Source of the DNA: Gnetum montanum
Taxonomy: Eukaryota > Plantae > Gnetophyta
Reading direction: 5' to 3'
NCBI GenBank assembly: GCA_015680685.1
Contig: MNCI01001640.1
Span: 1,563 to 65,562, forward strand
Length of the DNA stretch: 64,000 nucleotides
In this document: piece by piece, positions 40,301 through 52,579 of the stretch
Position numbering within the stretch: position 1 is the first letter of the stretch
Layout: each line of letters begins with the position of its first letter
The notes under the pieces: model-generated
What the model was told of the DNA's origin: nothing
Database searches by the model: none
What the model saw: only the letters and a program-made list of their open reading frames with translations
Program-made: the position numbers and the translations under genes

Positions 40301-41147
40301 TGGTTGTACCATATGTCACACTTGATATATTTGTAGTTTTGAATATGGTAGAATCTAGGATAACTGCATGGTAGGGAAAGATGCTACTAGCCACCATGCA
40401 GTTGAGGTTGGAAGTATTGTTGGTGGTGGAACAAACATAGAAGGGAAAATAGGAATAGGGCTCATTTGTGAGTGTGATGTAGGAATCATATGCACATATG
40501 TCAACGTGGGTGTTATAGACACTGGTTGTGAAAATTGAATAGACTTTGAAGGAACAATATAGGGAAAGAAGGTTGAAGGCCCCACATGTTGTTGTGTTGA
40601 TAGCATCTAGTGGCTACCTATCACTAGTGAAGGTTTGGGCTATAACAATGTCATAGCCATTGCAAAGGAGAATGAAACATAGAGGTAGACTGTGAGGCTA
40701 AGGCATAGAGTAGGCCACCACCTTTGGAATGGGATTCAAACTCCTCTTGTCCATCTTGGAGGAGCTCATCATAGTGGGATGTTTTGTCTCATTCTTCCAA
40801 CCCACTCATTTGCATATGTTGGTCCAAGATCCATTAGTAAGTGGTATAACTGCATCAAGGGTGGGAAGGAACTCCCTTCAATTTCAATGAATAATTTCAA
40901 AGCTACGCTTTTCATCTATTTCCTGGCAATTCAAAAATAGGCTTACTTGAACCTTCATACACAAAAAGTTGTATCATTCCTCATCAAGAATTGTGTGCTC
41001 AGTGGATTGGTGTCATAGTCTAAGAGACTACCATTGTAAACATACTAGGATTAGTGGTTGCTTGACTTCCACCATATGTTGCAAGGGATGACTTATCTCC
41101 AAGATCGAGGTGGAAGCTGAGGTGCTAGATGGGTTTATTTTTGCTAT
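37330..41147 (-). pseudogene. gag-protease of element B (degenerate; ends approximate)
   Basis: LPQFTKYNG..; CxxHxxxx(H)xxxxC-type knuckle FCNYHQLQGYDIDYYLVLKDDIQ; protease RMHVDDGAATNVI...FNQILEGSWL. Confidence 0.85.
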
Positions 41148-41592
41148 ATCAAAAAGGATGTGAAAAGAAGAAAAACTTGTGAGAAATGTTTAAATGTAGT
41201 AAATTTTGAGTCAAAATGATTAAGTAGGTAAGATGTGAAGAAGACAAGCCAAAAATGGCTAAGTCTGAAAATGCTGAAAAAATGGTAATATGTGCTATTA
41301 CACTTGTTACACTTTGTGCGACTATCATGCTAATAGGGTTGTAACACTTGATAAAACACTTAAAGCTAGATGTAGTAAATAGTTTTGGACTTTCTATCCT
41401 ATGAGATTCTAGAGGAACCATTAATGGGGACCAATATGCACCAACCAAAACATGGAGAACTCCTACGTTGGCCTATGATCTAGCTACTTCCATGGCAGGT
41501 TCACAAGGGTGTTACATCTATGCTAGCTTGCTACAAGTGATGGGGGTATAGAAAGCATGTGGGAATACCCATGGCACATAGAAGGAATAGGA

Positions 41593-41611
41593 GGCCCTTC
41601 TTCTACTACCA
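41593..41611 (-). promoter_or_regulatory. Primer-binding site (tRNA-Asn type, decayed) of element B
   Basis: Minus strand reads TGGTAGTAGAAGAAGGGCC, 5 nt after the LTR end; homologous to the PBSs at 49008 and 54045. Confidence 0.7.
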
Positions 41612-43446
41612 AAAACTATAGCGTCCAAAAATGTTTGTGGCTAGAACACCAAGTGATCATTGGGTGCACAGCCTATCCCTGAGTTTTTTGAAGGGTCATG
41701 CTAGAAAAAAATGGGGTGCCTTGAATGGTCTAGTTGATTAGACAAGAACTTACATGGTTTACAACGACTATTGCAAACAAATTTTTTAGAGCATCACATG
41801 GGAGATCTAGGACATGCAGAGATGGGACATACACAACAACATGAGTGCACCACCCCAAGTTTGGGGAATGCAGCCCTTTATTAAATGAGGTATCAAACAA
41901 GACAACAAGGTAGTTTGGTTGCAAACGTGATGATGACAAGAGCTGGGGAAGTTGGTTCTACTAGGTTGGCCATCATCCCACTGTGCAGGTATGAGGTCAT
42001 GGTGCTTAATAAGGTGTCATGCTTAGGTGCTCAAGTGCAGAGGTGAGAAAGGTGCTAGGACTACTGTAATGCTAGGATTTGCTAATCATCAACCTTTTTC
42101 CAAAGCTAACTACAAAATCCAACCATTAAAATGCTAATTACTAGGGTATTTATAGAGCTAGGGTTTATGGGAGATGTGGATTGGGTGCCATGTGCCTTGG
42201 GTCACATGTAGCATGAGTGTGAGCAAGTCACACAAACATGCTATGCTTAAAGTATCAAGCTTTGTAGAACAAGAATGAGAACTGAGCCTCTGCCAAACTG
42301 TGACCATATTGCCTAAACTATATGTGCCAAAGTCTAAGGAGCTACATGTACCTACAAACAATGACAAAATAAATGTAGATAAGAGCCTATGCTCTAGGAC
42401 TATGTCTTCCCTCTCTTCCGGGTAGGGTCAAGTGTAGGGTTGATGATGATCTTTGGGAACTTTTAGGAGGTATTTCAAGGCATTTTTCAAGTGTTACGCT
42501 ATCTACACTACCCAGGGTGATAGAGCATAGCATGAACACTTAGAAAATTTTGGCATTTTGACATGCTACGCTATCTATGCTACATAGCATAGTAGAGCAT
42601 AGCACCCATTTTCCAATGAATTTTGTCAAGATTTAAAATGTTTTCTCATAGCATGATAATCACACTTTGGCATGCAGCAAGGCAATTAACTTTAGTAGCT
42701 AAAAATGACATCTCCCATGTCAAAATGGCTTGACAACTTTTTGTTCAATAGAAAATTTTTTACCTCTGAACCTTTGTTACATTGTCTACACTGTGTAGCA
42801 TAGTATAGCATAATACCAAATTTTGGATGAATTTTGACAAAACTTGCAATGTTTTTGTATGGCATGCTGATCACACTCTAAGGATGAAGCAGGACAGATA
42901 GACTCAGAAGTCAAAAAATTGCTAAATGCACCTTCTATGTCTAGTCCAACACTTTGAAAAATTTGAGCCCTAAAACTTCTGCTATGTTGTCTACAGTGTG
43001 TAGTGTAGCATAGTGTAATAGGTCCAAAGATAGAAAATTTGCTAATCAATTTCTTCCATATTGAGCATTTTTAACAACTCCTAGCCTGGAACATGGATGG
43101 ACTGGCAACCGGGACATGTGCCAAGTTGGGCAAGTTGAAGAATGTAGCAGGCTTGATGACTTGGAAAATAAAAATTTTCCAAACTATTTGGTCCATCCTT
43201 AGTGGCCTTTGAGCACTTATAACTTTTCATTTATGTAAACTAGCCTTGGAGACATGTGCTACATTGGCTATGCTAGGGAGCATAGTAGACAAATATAGAA
43301 ATATTTTGCAAACATCAGGACTTCCAGGGTGCTACGCTTTCTACACTACACAGCATGACACCAGACTTAGAAAATTTTATTCCAAGTTTTCACACTTAGA
43401 AAAATTTTCTATTGAGTTATGAGAGAAAAAAATTAGTGGTGTTTCA

Positions 43447-44969
43447 CCAGGTACTGGTTAGCCATTTGTGGCAAAAATGAGGCCACCTAGGAGGTGATTG
43501 AGCAATGGCTACAAATGGACCTACTAGCTAGAAAGAACTAGGACTGGAAGGATTACAATGCCAAAGTGTACCAATGGGATCAAACTCAAAAGAATCACAA
43601 ACATCACTACAAGCAAGAATATGAGGCATACCTTAAAAGGTACAAAGATGAGTCCATGGAGCACCATTTCCACAACATGTTTCTCAATGTAATTGGCACA
43701 ACATGGAATTATGAACTATTTGCTAGTAACATAGTGGGGAGGGAAACCCTAGAAAGACACATTACTGTGCCTTTGGGAAAGGTCTCTTTTACTAGGCTTC
43801 ATTAGGGCTGTCCTCATAGATATCTATGGAGAAAGAAAAGACCCTTGTGGGTATTGACCTCAGTGAGGAGGATTGAACATAGCTATCAAAGTCAAAAATC
43901 CTTCACTGCTTAGAGGTAGAACTAAATAGGATGCTCCCAAATATGGATGCATGTCCTTCTTAGGTTGGTCTTGTTTGAATTATTTTTATTTTGTGATAAT
44001 GTTGCATGTCACTTATTTTTTAGCTAATTTATTATTTTATTTTGCCTAAATCAGGCTTTAGGCAATGGTGCAGGCCCCACTGGAGCAGTAGAGGAAGAAG
44101 AAGAAGAAGAACCCCTACCCCCACCAAACACTACTAGATAAGTAGCCTAAAATGTAGTTCCACTATTGGGTAGTTTTGCATTTTTGATAATTTTTTTGTT
44201 TTGGATGTATACTTGAACTATTTATTTTGTTGATGATTTAATAGAAATGTGATGATTATTCATATATCCCTTTGTTGTATTTTATGTAATGTTGTAAGAA
44301 TTTTAACTTTTGATTGATTGATGCAATTAGGCCCCTTGTGGACCCCATGTTAGTTTAAGGCCATTGCAAAAGGGCCATTGCTAGTTTAGGGCCATTTAGG
44401 GTGATCACTAGTTCGAGTTCATTTGAGGCCATTGCTAGTTTTAGACCATTTTGGACCATGGAATTAAAAGGAAGTAGGTTGCCAATTTTAGGCCTTAGTG
44501 GGCCACATGATAGTTTAACATCTTTTTAGGCCATAGCATAAGAAGGAAGAAAGTTTCTAGATTTAGACCTTAGCAGGCCTTTTTATTATTATTATTTATT
44601 GTTATTTATTATTATATTATTTTATTTTTCGAAAAGAAAACGGGCTAACTAAAACTGCATAAATTAAAGAAATGAAATAACTAATGCAAGATGTAAGTAA
44701 CTATGCAAATGTAAGTATATAAGCAAAAAACAAAAGTCAAGCAAGACATGCGAACGAACTAAGGGGAAACATGCAAATGGACTAAGGGGACACCTTAGTC
44801 ATGTAAGTGTTTCCTAACCTAATGTGGGTTGAGAGGTGTGTAAGGTTTGGGAAGGCACGAGGCAATACTCACCTAGACCTTTGTTAGTTGCATAAAAGGG
44901 CAATTATGCCTAGAGAGCTTCGTTACTTATTTTTTTTGGCTACCCAAATGGATCAGTCGGACAAGGTTG
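43447..44969 (-). mobile_element. Fragment of a third family member 'F': 3' exons of the antisense gene (+, 43447-44141), TAGTTTAAGGCC array (44351-44575), spacer
   Basis: YQWDQTQKNHKHHYKQEY...FLNVIGTT..ERHITVP is homologous to B 34640-35160 and C 58980-59480; conserved last intron and Glu-rich tail. Confidence 0.8.
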
Positions 44970-46838
44970 TGTAGTGACCAAAAACATCACTGGCTGGAAC
45001 ATTGAGAGGTTACCGAGTGAAATAGTTTGACCCCAGATCTGTGCGAGGACTGTGCTAGAGAAAATGGAAGCAGGGCATCCTGAATAGTCTGGCTAATCAA
45101 ACAGGGACTTAATTAGTGTAACTTAACCTTATGTGAATGTTGTTTTGAATGTGAAATATACAAGGTAAAATTGATGATCAATAAATGTGGGAATGAAGAA
45201 AATAATGTGAAACAACAATAAAAATAAAGAGATAATAGAATAAACTCAGCTAAGAAAATGCACCACCTCTAGGTTGAGGGTTCGATTATTTGCCTTGTTT
45301 GAGAGATGTATAACAAGTTAGACAATGCTGGAGGTGAATAGAGAATTTAAGAGTAACTAGAATGCTCAAGGGAAAATGCCAATTTTATCTTCTGGGAGCC
45401 AACTTAATGACCAACTGCAGCAAGAAGAAAACTCTATTTGCTAAGGAGTTAATCAAGGAGCTAACTAGTCAATGCAAAATTCCAACAAGCTAACTACTCT
45501 TCTCAATGTAAAATGCCAACTCTTTGGATGAAAAATGTCAACCAAAAAAGTCAACTCGACAAGCCAACATTTTGAGCATTGTTTGCTAGGGTATTTATAG
45601 GGCCAGGAGTAGGAGAAATATGTGGTTTAGGTGCCATGTGTCTTGGACCCCACAATATGCAAACATGACTATACCTTATAAGTGTGTTGTGCTAATCACA
45701 AACTTTGCTACACTGTAACCATGTTGCCAAAACTACACATGCTAGAATCTAGTGTGCTAACAATGCAAGCAGAAATGGAGTCTCCACCATAGGACTATGT
45801 CTTCCCTATTCTTATGAATAGGATCAAGCATAGAGAAAAATTTTTGGGGATGGACTAAGGGGTATGCCAAATTGGAACAAAGTGACCAATCACGGTGAGC
45901 TTAGTTATTTCCAACAAGCTGTAGAGCTAGCTGATGATGTCCTAATGCCTTTGTCAACTTTGCATTAATTACGCTATCTAGCACAATAACGTAGCATAGC
46001 TTCTTTCTACATTGTGCTACACTATGTAGTGTAGCATATTGATGTATCATAGCTACTTGCTATGCTATGCTACACTATGTAGCATATTAAAGCGTAGCCA
46101 TCGATTTGAACAAGAAACTTGCGTTGGAGTCAATAGCATTTCCTGGAAGCCTTGGTGCATGCCAGGTTAACCTTTGGAGCATTTGATTGATTTGGCTCTT
46201 TGCTACGCTATGCTACACTATGTAGCATAGCAGCCAATGTAACATGCATTTCTATCAAGATTGTAGGGTTTCATGAGAAAGCTTTGCTCGTGGTTCAAGA
46301 GCTAACTAAGACAATGTAATTTTGGAAGCCACAATGTTGTTAGATGTAATCCTTTTGCCAAAAAGGCTTGGTATAGGAGTATTTGCATATTTTTCCCTTA
46401 CTATGCTATATAGTGTAGCATAGCATAGCACCCCTTGTTGGCCAAATTATGACTTTGCCTTCCATGAACATCTTGCCAAAACTTGTATTTTGTGAAGGCT
46501 TTTTATGCTACACAGTGTAGCATAGCATAACAAAATTCTCTACTAGAAAACTTACTGAATTGCTTTGATTATCCCAGACACCTTTGACAAATCCTAGCAT
46601 AGTTTCTGGTTAGATTGTTAGCCGAGTGAATTGTCCAGGTGGGTAGGTTGGAGAGTCCATCGAACCTATCAGCTCTAGAGATAGAAAACTTTCCAGACTA
46701 GATAGTCTAATCTCAGTGCCTACATTTTCCTGCCAAATGGTCATGATGCTACACTTGCGGAAGTCCTTGCCCAAATTCCAAGACCTTGGTGAAGCAAGAG
46801 GATCTCGAAATTTTATGGTGTTTCACTGACCCCTCTTT
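44970..46838 (-). mobile_element. 3' LTR (44970-46825) and PPT of another family member
   Basis: Minus strand: PPT AAAGAGGGGTCAG, then TGAAACACCATAAAA...GGTCACTACA. The TATA region (~45590) is similar to the B LTR at ~42145. Confidence 0.8.
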
Positions 46839-46882
46839 GTCAATGGTTTGAGGATAGGTCTGAGAGACATCGACAAAGAATA

Positions 46883-47835
46883 TGAAACACCACAAAGGAC
46901 AAGATGCTAACATCGCTCTTCAGTAATTTTCTAGATGTCACTTATCTATGCTTAAGAGTACCAGGATAATCATGTAGGGAAAGGGGAAAGGGTGGATCTA
47001 TGAGGACAATGTTGGGAAGGGAAAGATGTAGGAGTGTGGTCCCTTGTCAGAGTGCTTATGTTGGAGTCAATATGCATGGGCATCTTTCTTTTGTAGGCTT
47101 CTAACCTCTCAACGGAATGCTTAGAGATGGTCATTGCAAAATAGCTGATGTGCCATTTGTTTTGGGCATCTTTTTTGAGCCTTTTCTCTTTTACACTTTT
47201 CTTTTGTTGTTTTTCCATGTTCATTTACAAACAACCTTGTTGCAGGATAGGTGTTTCCTCCCCAAGATGAGTTGCATTACATCCGCATGGGGCTTTAACC
47301 TATCTACAGATGCTTCCCATGAGGCGAGTTGTGTTACACACATCATGGACTTTGCAGTTGAGCATATGGGAGGGCTTTTTAGTCATTGGGAAAATTCATT
47401 AAAAGAGATGTGAGGAGGAGAATTGCAGGTGTAAGAAATGAGGTAAAGGAGGTTAAGGAGGAGGACAGGATGTGCACTCCCAATTATCCAAGCTAGTCAG
47501 GATGACCACTTTGGAATGATGTAGTGTCCTGCCACCTTGGCTAAACGCACCTCTGACCGACACCTCTTCGGCACGTACACTACAAACACAATAGAGAGCT
47601 AACAGGAAGAAATAACCATGAAGTAAAATGAAGGTAAAGGTCTTGCTTGCTTTGGATTCTACTAGAGCAATGTACGTTGTTGCTGAGGCATGCAACGTCC
47701 AAACTAGAAAAGCTAGTAGTGGTTCTGGTAGCATCAAGGTGGAGGGGTTGGCATCGAGGAGGCTAGGAGTTGTGGTGATGCAAGTGCTTGGGATTTCCCA
47801 CCCAAGGTAAACATTATGTAGTTCAGCTGTAAGGT
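46883..47835 (+). mobile_element. Possible 5' part of a further family LTR, interrupted by element A
   Basis: Begins TGAAACACCACAAA, as do the other family LTRs; the remainder is not independently recognisable. Confidence 0.35.
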
Positions 47836-50800
47836 TGAAACACCACAAAATTTCGAGCTTGGTATTTCCCCAGCAAGAAGCAGGTCCCTGGGACCCACAA
47901 ACAACCACGGCTACATTTGGTGTCACACATTGTAACTTTGGGAATCAAAAGGCTTAATTTTCGCTAAGTGTGCAGTACCAGCGTATACGCCCAGTGTATA
48001 TGCCCAACATCAATAGCGTATACACCCAGCATATACACTTAGCGTAGACATCCGACTTACATGCCCGATGTAAACACCCCACCTGTACGCTCGGCACCAT
48101 GGATGCATATGCCCGATGATGGAGTCTCAATGATAGAATGAAGAAAACACCGAAGAGCAAGAATTGAAGCAAGTTGGAAACCATCAGCGTACATGCCCGG
48201 CGTATATGACGAGTCATTGTCGGCGTGTACGCCCAGCGTCTATAGCATCTCCACCCAAGTTCACACACGCCTAGCACATCCAACGTATATGCCCAGCGTG
48301 TACGCTGGCCTGATGTAGTGTATACGCCCCACGTATACGCCCAGCAGATGTAATATGTTGTATATTTGTAAGTTGTATGCACCCGGTCAACATGCCATGT
48401 GTCCCCCAACCCAACTCTAGCATAACAACCAGTATAAAAACCCCACTTTTCGACTTCCCCAAGATGGTTGGCAAACATCCTAGAGCATACCAACGACATT
48501 TACGCTATGCACCAGAGCTAAAACCCTCTTACGCTTGAAAGCCCTGTACGCCGTGCACATAGTCTCTATGCTCCGCCTACCGTGCGAACCCGCCAAGTCG
48601 TCCCTGCATCCACCGGGGCTTTTCGTCCACCTTGTGTTCATCACAACTGCGTTAGACCAGTGCACTATACTTTGACTCTATAATAACATTGTTTATAGTT
48701 TACGCTAATTTCTTGCATGTGTTTTGTTTACACTCTTTTACATTTACACCCTGTTCATATCTGTTACGCCGTTTACGCTCTCGTTTACGCCCGTTTACGC
48801 CATTTACGCATAACCCAGCGTATAGCACTTTGGCATATGTGCGGGTAAATCCTTGTCTAATCTGCATGTAGACCATCCAAGGTACTCTACCCTCGTGCAT
48901 TCCAGCTCACCCTCAAGCGAAGGTAGGGTCTTTTGTGCACGTCGTGTGATCCCACAGTCTCTGTTTCCTTCAAGCCGGTGACCGACGATTTCAGGTGGTA
49001 CAGAAATTGGTGCTAGAAGGAGGGCCTCCTAAAAACCTCACTCGCAAACTTCTCAGCATCTACGCTGTTGAGTGTATATGCCGCCAACCACATGCCATTT
49101 CCTACTAAAACCTCAGCCCCGTCTGAAAACCTTGCCTGCATGCTCCCTAGCGTCTACGCTCATCAGCGTTTTCGTTGCCTTGTTTCAAACTCTGCAAGTC
49201 TTTTAGTGTATACGCTACCAACGTCACATGGACTGCCACAGAAACCCCAGCATCTACGTAGCCTAGACTGAAAAATCATCCTGCAAACTATCCACCGTCT
49301 ACGTTATTCAGTATTTATGCTGTCCCTATTAAAACTTAGCCATAAAACTGCATTCTCTACGCCGTCTTGTTTTATGCCTAAGCCTGTTTTACGTTGTGCC
49401 CATTCTTTACGTTGTACTCTATTTTACGCTTTGCTTGTTATACGCTAAGCCTTATTTTACGCTGAACTCTACTTTACGTTGCACTCTGTCTTACACTGAA
49501 CTCTATTTTACACTACATCCCCAAGCTATATACGCTACATTCCTTACGCTGTATACGCTATCTACACTGACACCATACGTTGAACGTTGAAGCGTATACG
49601 CTGTACTTTGTCACTTTAGTTTACACTGTACCAAGTACACTAATTTTTCTCCTCTACCCTATGTCATACCCTTAATGATTCATCATGAATCCCGTTAACA
49701 CCACTGCTGCAACAGCTCAAGTAACCGACGTCGTGGACACCATGGCTTTCCAATAGCCTGTCACGCAACACCTAGGAGTACAACCCACCGTGGGGTCCCG
49801 TCGGTCCCTAAGGTTGCAAGGGAGAGACCCGACCACTAACATCATAACCCAGGATCAGTATAATTTTATATGTATTAAGATACAAGCTGGCCTGGCTGTA
49901 GATTGAGCTGAATTGGAGGTAAAGAGGCAATTTGAACTCTTTTACAGAGGGGGACGCAAGTTCATCCCCTCACCATATGATGTCATCCCTGTTCCGGAGC
50001 AGTATTCGGAGCTCGTCAGACAACTCCTCCTGCAAAGGAGACACTCCTTGGATCAGCCTGCACTAGAGTCCCAACTAGAGGAAGAGGACGAATTTGCCGT
50101 TCAATCTGAACAAGTGTATTCTTACCATACTCTGAGCCCGCAAGCACATGTTAACCCCATTTTTCATCCTGGTATAGGAGAGATCATGCCCCTTCAACCC
50201 CTCAGAATAAATCACACACAAATTCCTCCATCGCACACATCCTCATTTGCTCATGTGCCACCTCCAATTGATCCGCAATTCAGCATGCTCCCTCTCGCCA
50301 TCATCCCCGATATAGCAGCCAGCCCATCTTCACAAGCACTGCCCCCTCACGATAGCGTGGGGGTGACACTCCCACCCCGAATGATAGGGATGTCACACGT
50401 GATACTGGCATCCACATCCGCTCACTATATCCCGCACATTCAAATGCATACAACCCCTTCTACCATCGTAAACCAACAGGGGGTCCCTCTACAAAACGTA
50501 GCTGGACAATGGGTAACGATGGACACTCAACCATAGCAACATCAACCTCCTCACTATAACATACCACCCCATATGGTTCAACCAACCAACATTCCCCCAG
50601 TACAGCTGCCACCACAGCAACCATAGCCTTTCCCCTATCACGTGCCACAAATACAACCCCCAGCCGCACAACTTTCGACCTTTCAACCCACCATCCAACA
50701 GTCTAACCTGTATAATATAGCACAACCTCAACCTGCCATGTTACCGAGTGCCCAAGATTGGGTAGACGCCAAACAACTGATGCAAAAATTAACTGACGAG

Positions 50801-52579
50801 GTGAAACACCTCAAAACAGCCACCGACGGGGAGTTGAAGGTAATGGATTTCTACCACGATGATCCATTCAGCTCGTCTGTCCCACCCTTAACCTTGCCCA
50901 AAGGCGTATCCTCACCAACACTAACCAAGTATAACGGGGAGATGGACCCTAATTCACATCTCATAATGTTTAGGTTAGAATGTGCGCTGCTCTAGGCATG
51001 GCCCAATTCCATTCTCCAAGTGTTCCCCATGTCCCTCGCAGGAAGGGCACTTGACTGGTATCGGGCCCTGGCAAGGAATTCCATCTTCTCCTTGGAAGAC
51101 TTATTACACCAGTTCATGACTCGATTCAAGTACAACTTGAAACCCAAGGCCACCCTAGACAGCCTCATATAGGTCAAGCAAGGACTGCTTGAACCTGTGC
51201 AGAAATTTATCCAGAGGTGGAGCACTGCCCTCAACGAGTTGCATCAGCCGATATCCCAAACATACTTGCTCACAATTTTCAAGGGAGCTATTAACAATTT
51301 CTTTAAGTCCAAGCTGTATTACCTTAATGCGTGTAATCTTAACCAGGCTTTTGTAAAAATTAAGAATATAGAGGAAGCAGCCCAAAACAGCCACAACCCT
51401 GCATTCTTAGCCTTCAAGAACCAACACACTAAAAAAGATAAAGAGAAGGCTAAGACAACCATAGCAGCAATAGCAGGTGTGCAAAAAACAAACATGACAC
51501 ACCAAAATAAACCACCTGCAACCCCTACTAACTACAATAAACCAATTCCCACAGCTATGCTAGAATCATCATCAGCGCAAAAGCCAACAACGAACCGTAT
51601 GTGAAACTTCAAGAGGAAAGAACCCTCTTAATATACGCCTCTGGCAATGAAGCCCTCCCAGCTCTTCGATCAACTCCTGAAGGTTGGGATAATGAAACAT
51701 AAATAGTTGTCCCCTGTGGCCATCCAGAGACATGACCGGTTCTGCCAACTCGTTCAGAACCCAAGTTTAGCAACGTTGGATGAGCCTCATGTACCCAAAG
51801 GCTTCAAAATGGATTTCTTTTGTGACTACCATCAATGAAACGGGCACGATACGGATTACTGTTTCACCTTGAAATAGGATATTCAGCAGATGATTGATGA
51901 AGGCCAAATCACTTTTGATGAGGCCAACCTGGTCCAACCGCAGAATCAAGCTATGGGGGTGTACAAAGACCCCCTGAATGCCAAAGAGGCACCATACATC
52001 ATTAATACAATATACCTTGATGATGATTCTGAAGCATCCAACATTAACATTGTCTATCCCCAATTTAAGCAGGAAACTCCTAATAGGCCGTTCATAGTTC
52101 AGATTCCCCCTATTGTGTCCACGCCCATACCTAACACCATGACATGGGACAAACCGTATGTAGTGCGTGTCCCTCCCGTTATCCCCTCATAGTCCTTTCA
52201 TAGTCCAGGTACCACCCGTGGTTGCAACAGTGGAGGTCCAACCTCCACCAAAATCAACTTCGTATGTCGTTAGGATACCCAAAACTCCTAATGATTACCA
52301 AACCTCCATCTCACGAGCGCCAGGCCAACCCAGCCCCTACGTCATTAGGGTCCCTGGCTAGCCTTCTAACCAGTGACATCCAACAGCACAACCGCAACCC
52401 CGCCCAGCTCCATATGTGGTGCGAATCCCAGGGCATCCCGAGGCTCCAAGACTAGCCCCACCTCCACGCCACACACAAGAACGCCTAGCAGACAGGCGTA
52501 CACGGGAATGTGTGGAGAAGGAACACCAACGGCTAGCTCTGGGGCCACCTAAGCCCATTCCACTTAACTCTGTTCCTAT
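47836..52579 (+). mobile_element. Tat-clade element 'A': 5' LTR (47836-49002), PBS, gag; interrupted by element C
   Basis: TGAAACACCACAAAA...GTGGTACA; TATA at ~48434; gag from ATG 49685 with TKYNGEMDPNSHL, ALDWYRAL and FCDYHQ..GHDTDYC. Confidence 0.88.
49008..49024 (+). promoter_or_regulatory. Primer-binding site complementary to the tRNA-Asn 3' end
   Basis: TGGTGCTAGAAGGAGGG just after the LTR end; the plant tRNA-Asn-type PBS is TGGCGCTAGAAGGAGGG (recalled, not searched). Confidence 0.8.

Larger units (their letters stand above)
26041..43446 (-). mobile_element. Tat-clade gypsy element 'B' (old copy): 5' LTR, PBS, gag-PR, spacer with antisense gene, RT-RH-aRH-INT, 3' array, PPT; full 3' LTR missing
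   Basis: 5' LTR 41617-43446 (minus strand starts TGAAACACCAC; TATA ~42150); decayed PBS; PPT-like AAGATGGGATGGGGCG at ~26042-26057. Collinear with element C. Confidence 0.85.

Noticed and set aside
46970-48900. ORFs of 60-181 aa in this interval
   Set aside because: They lie in LTR or repeat sequence, have no recognisable domains and cross element boundaries.
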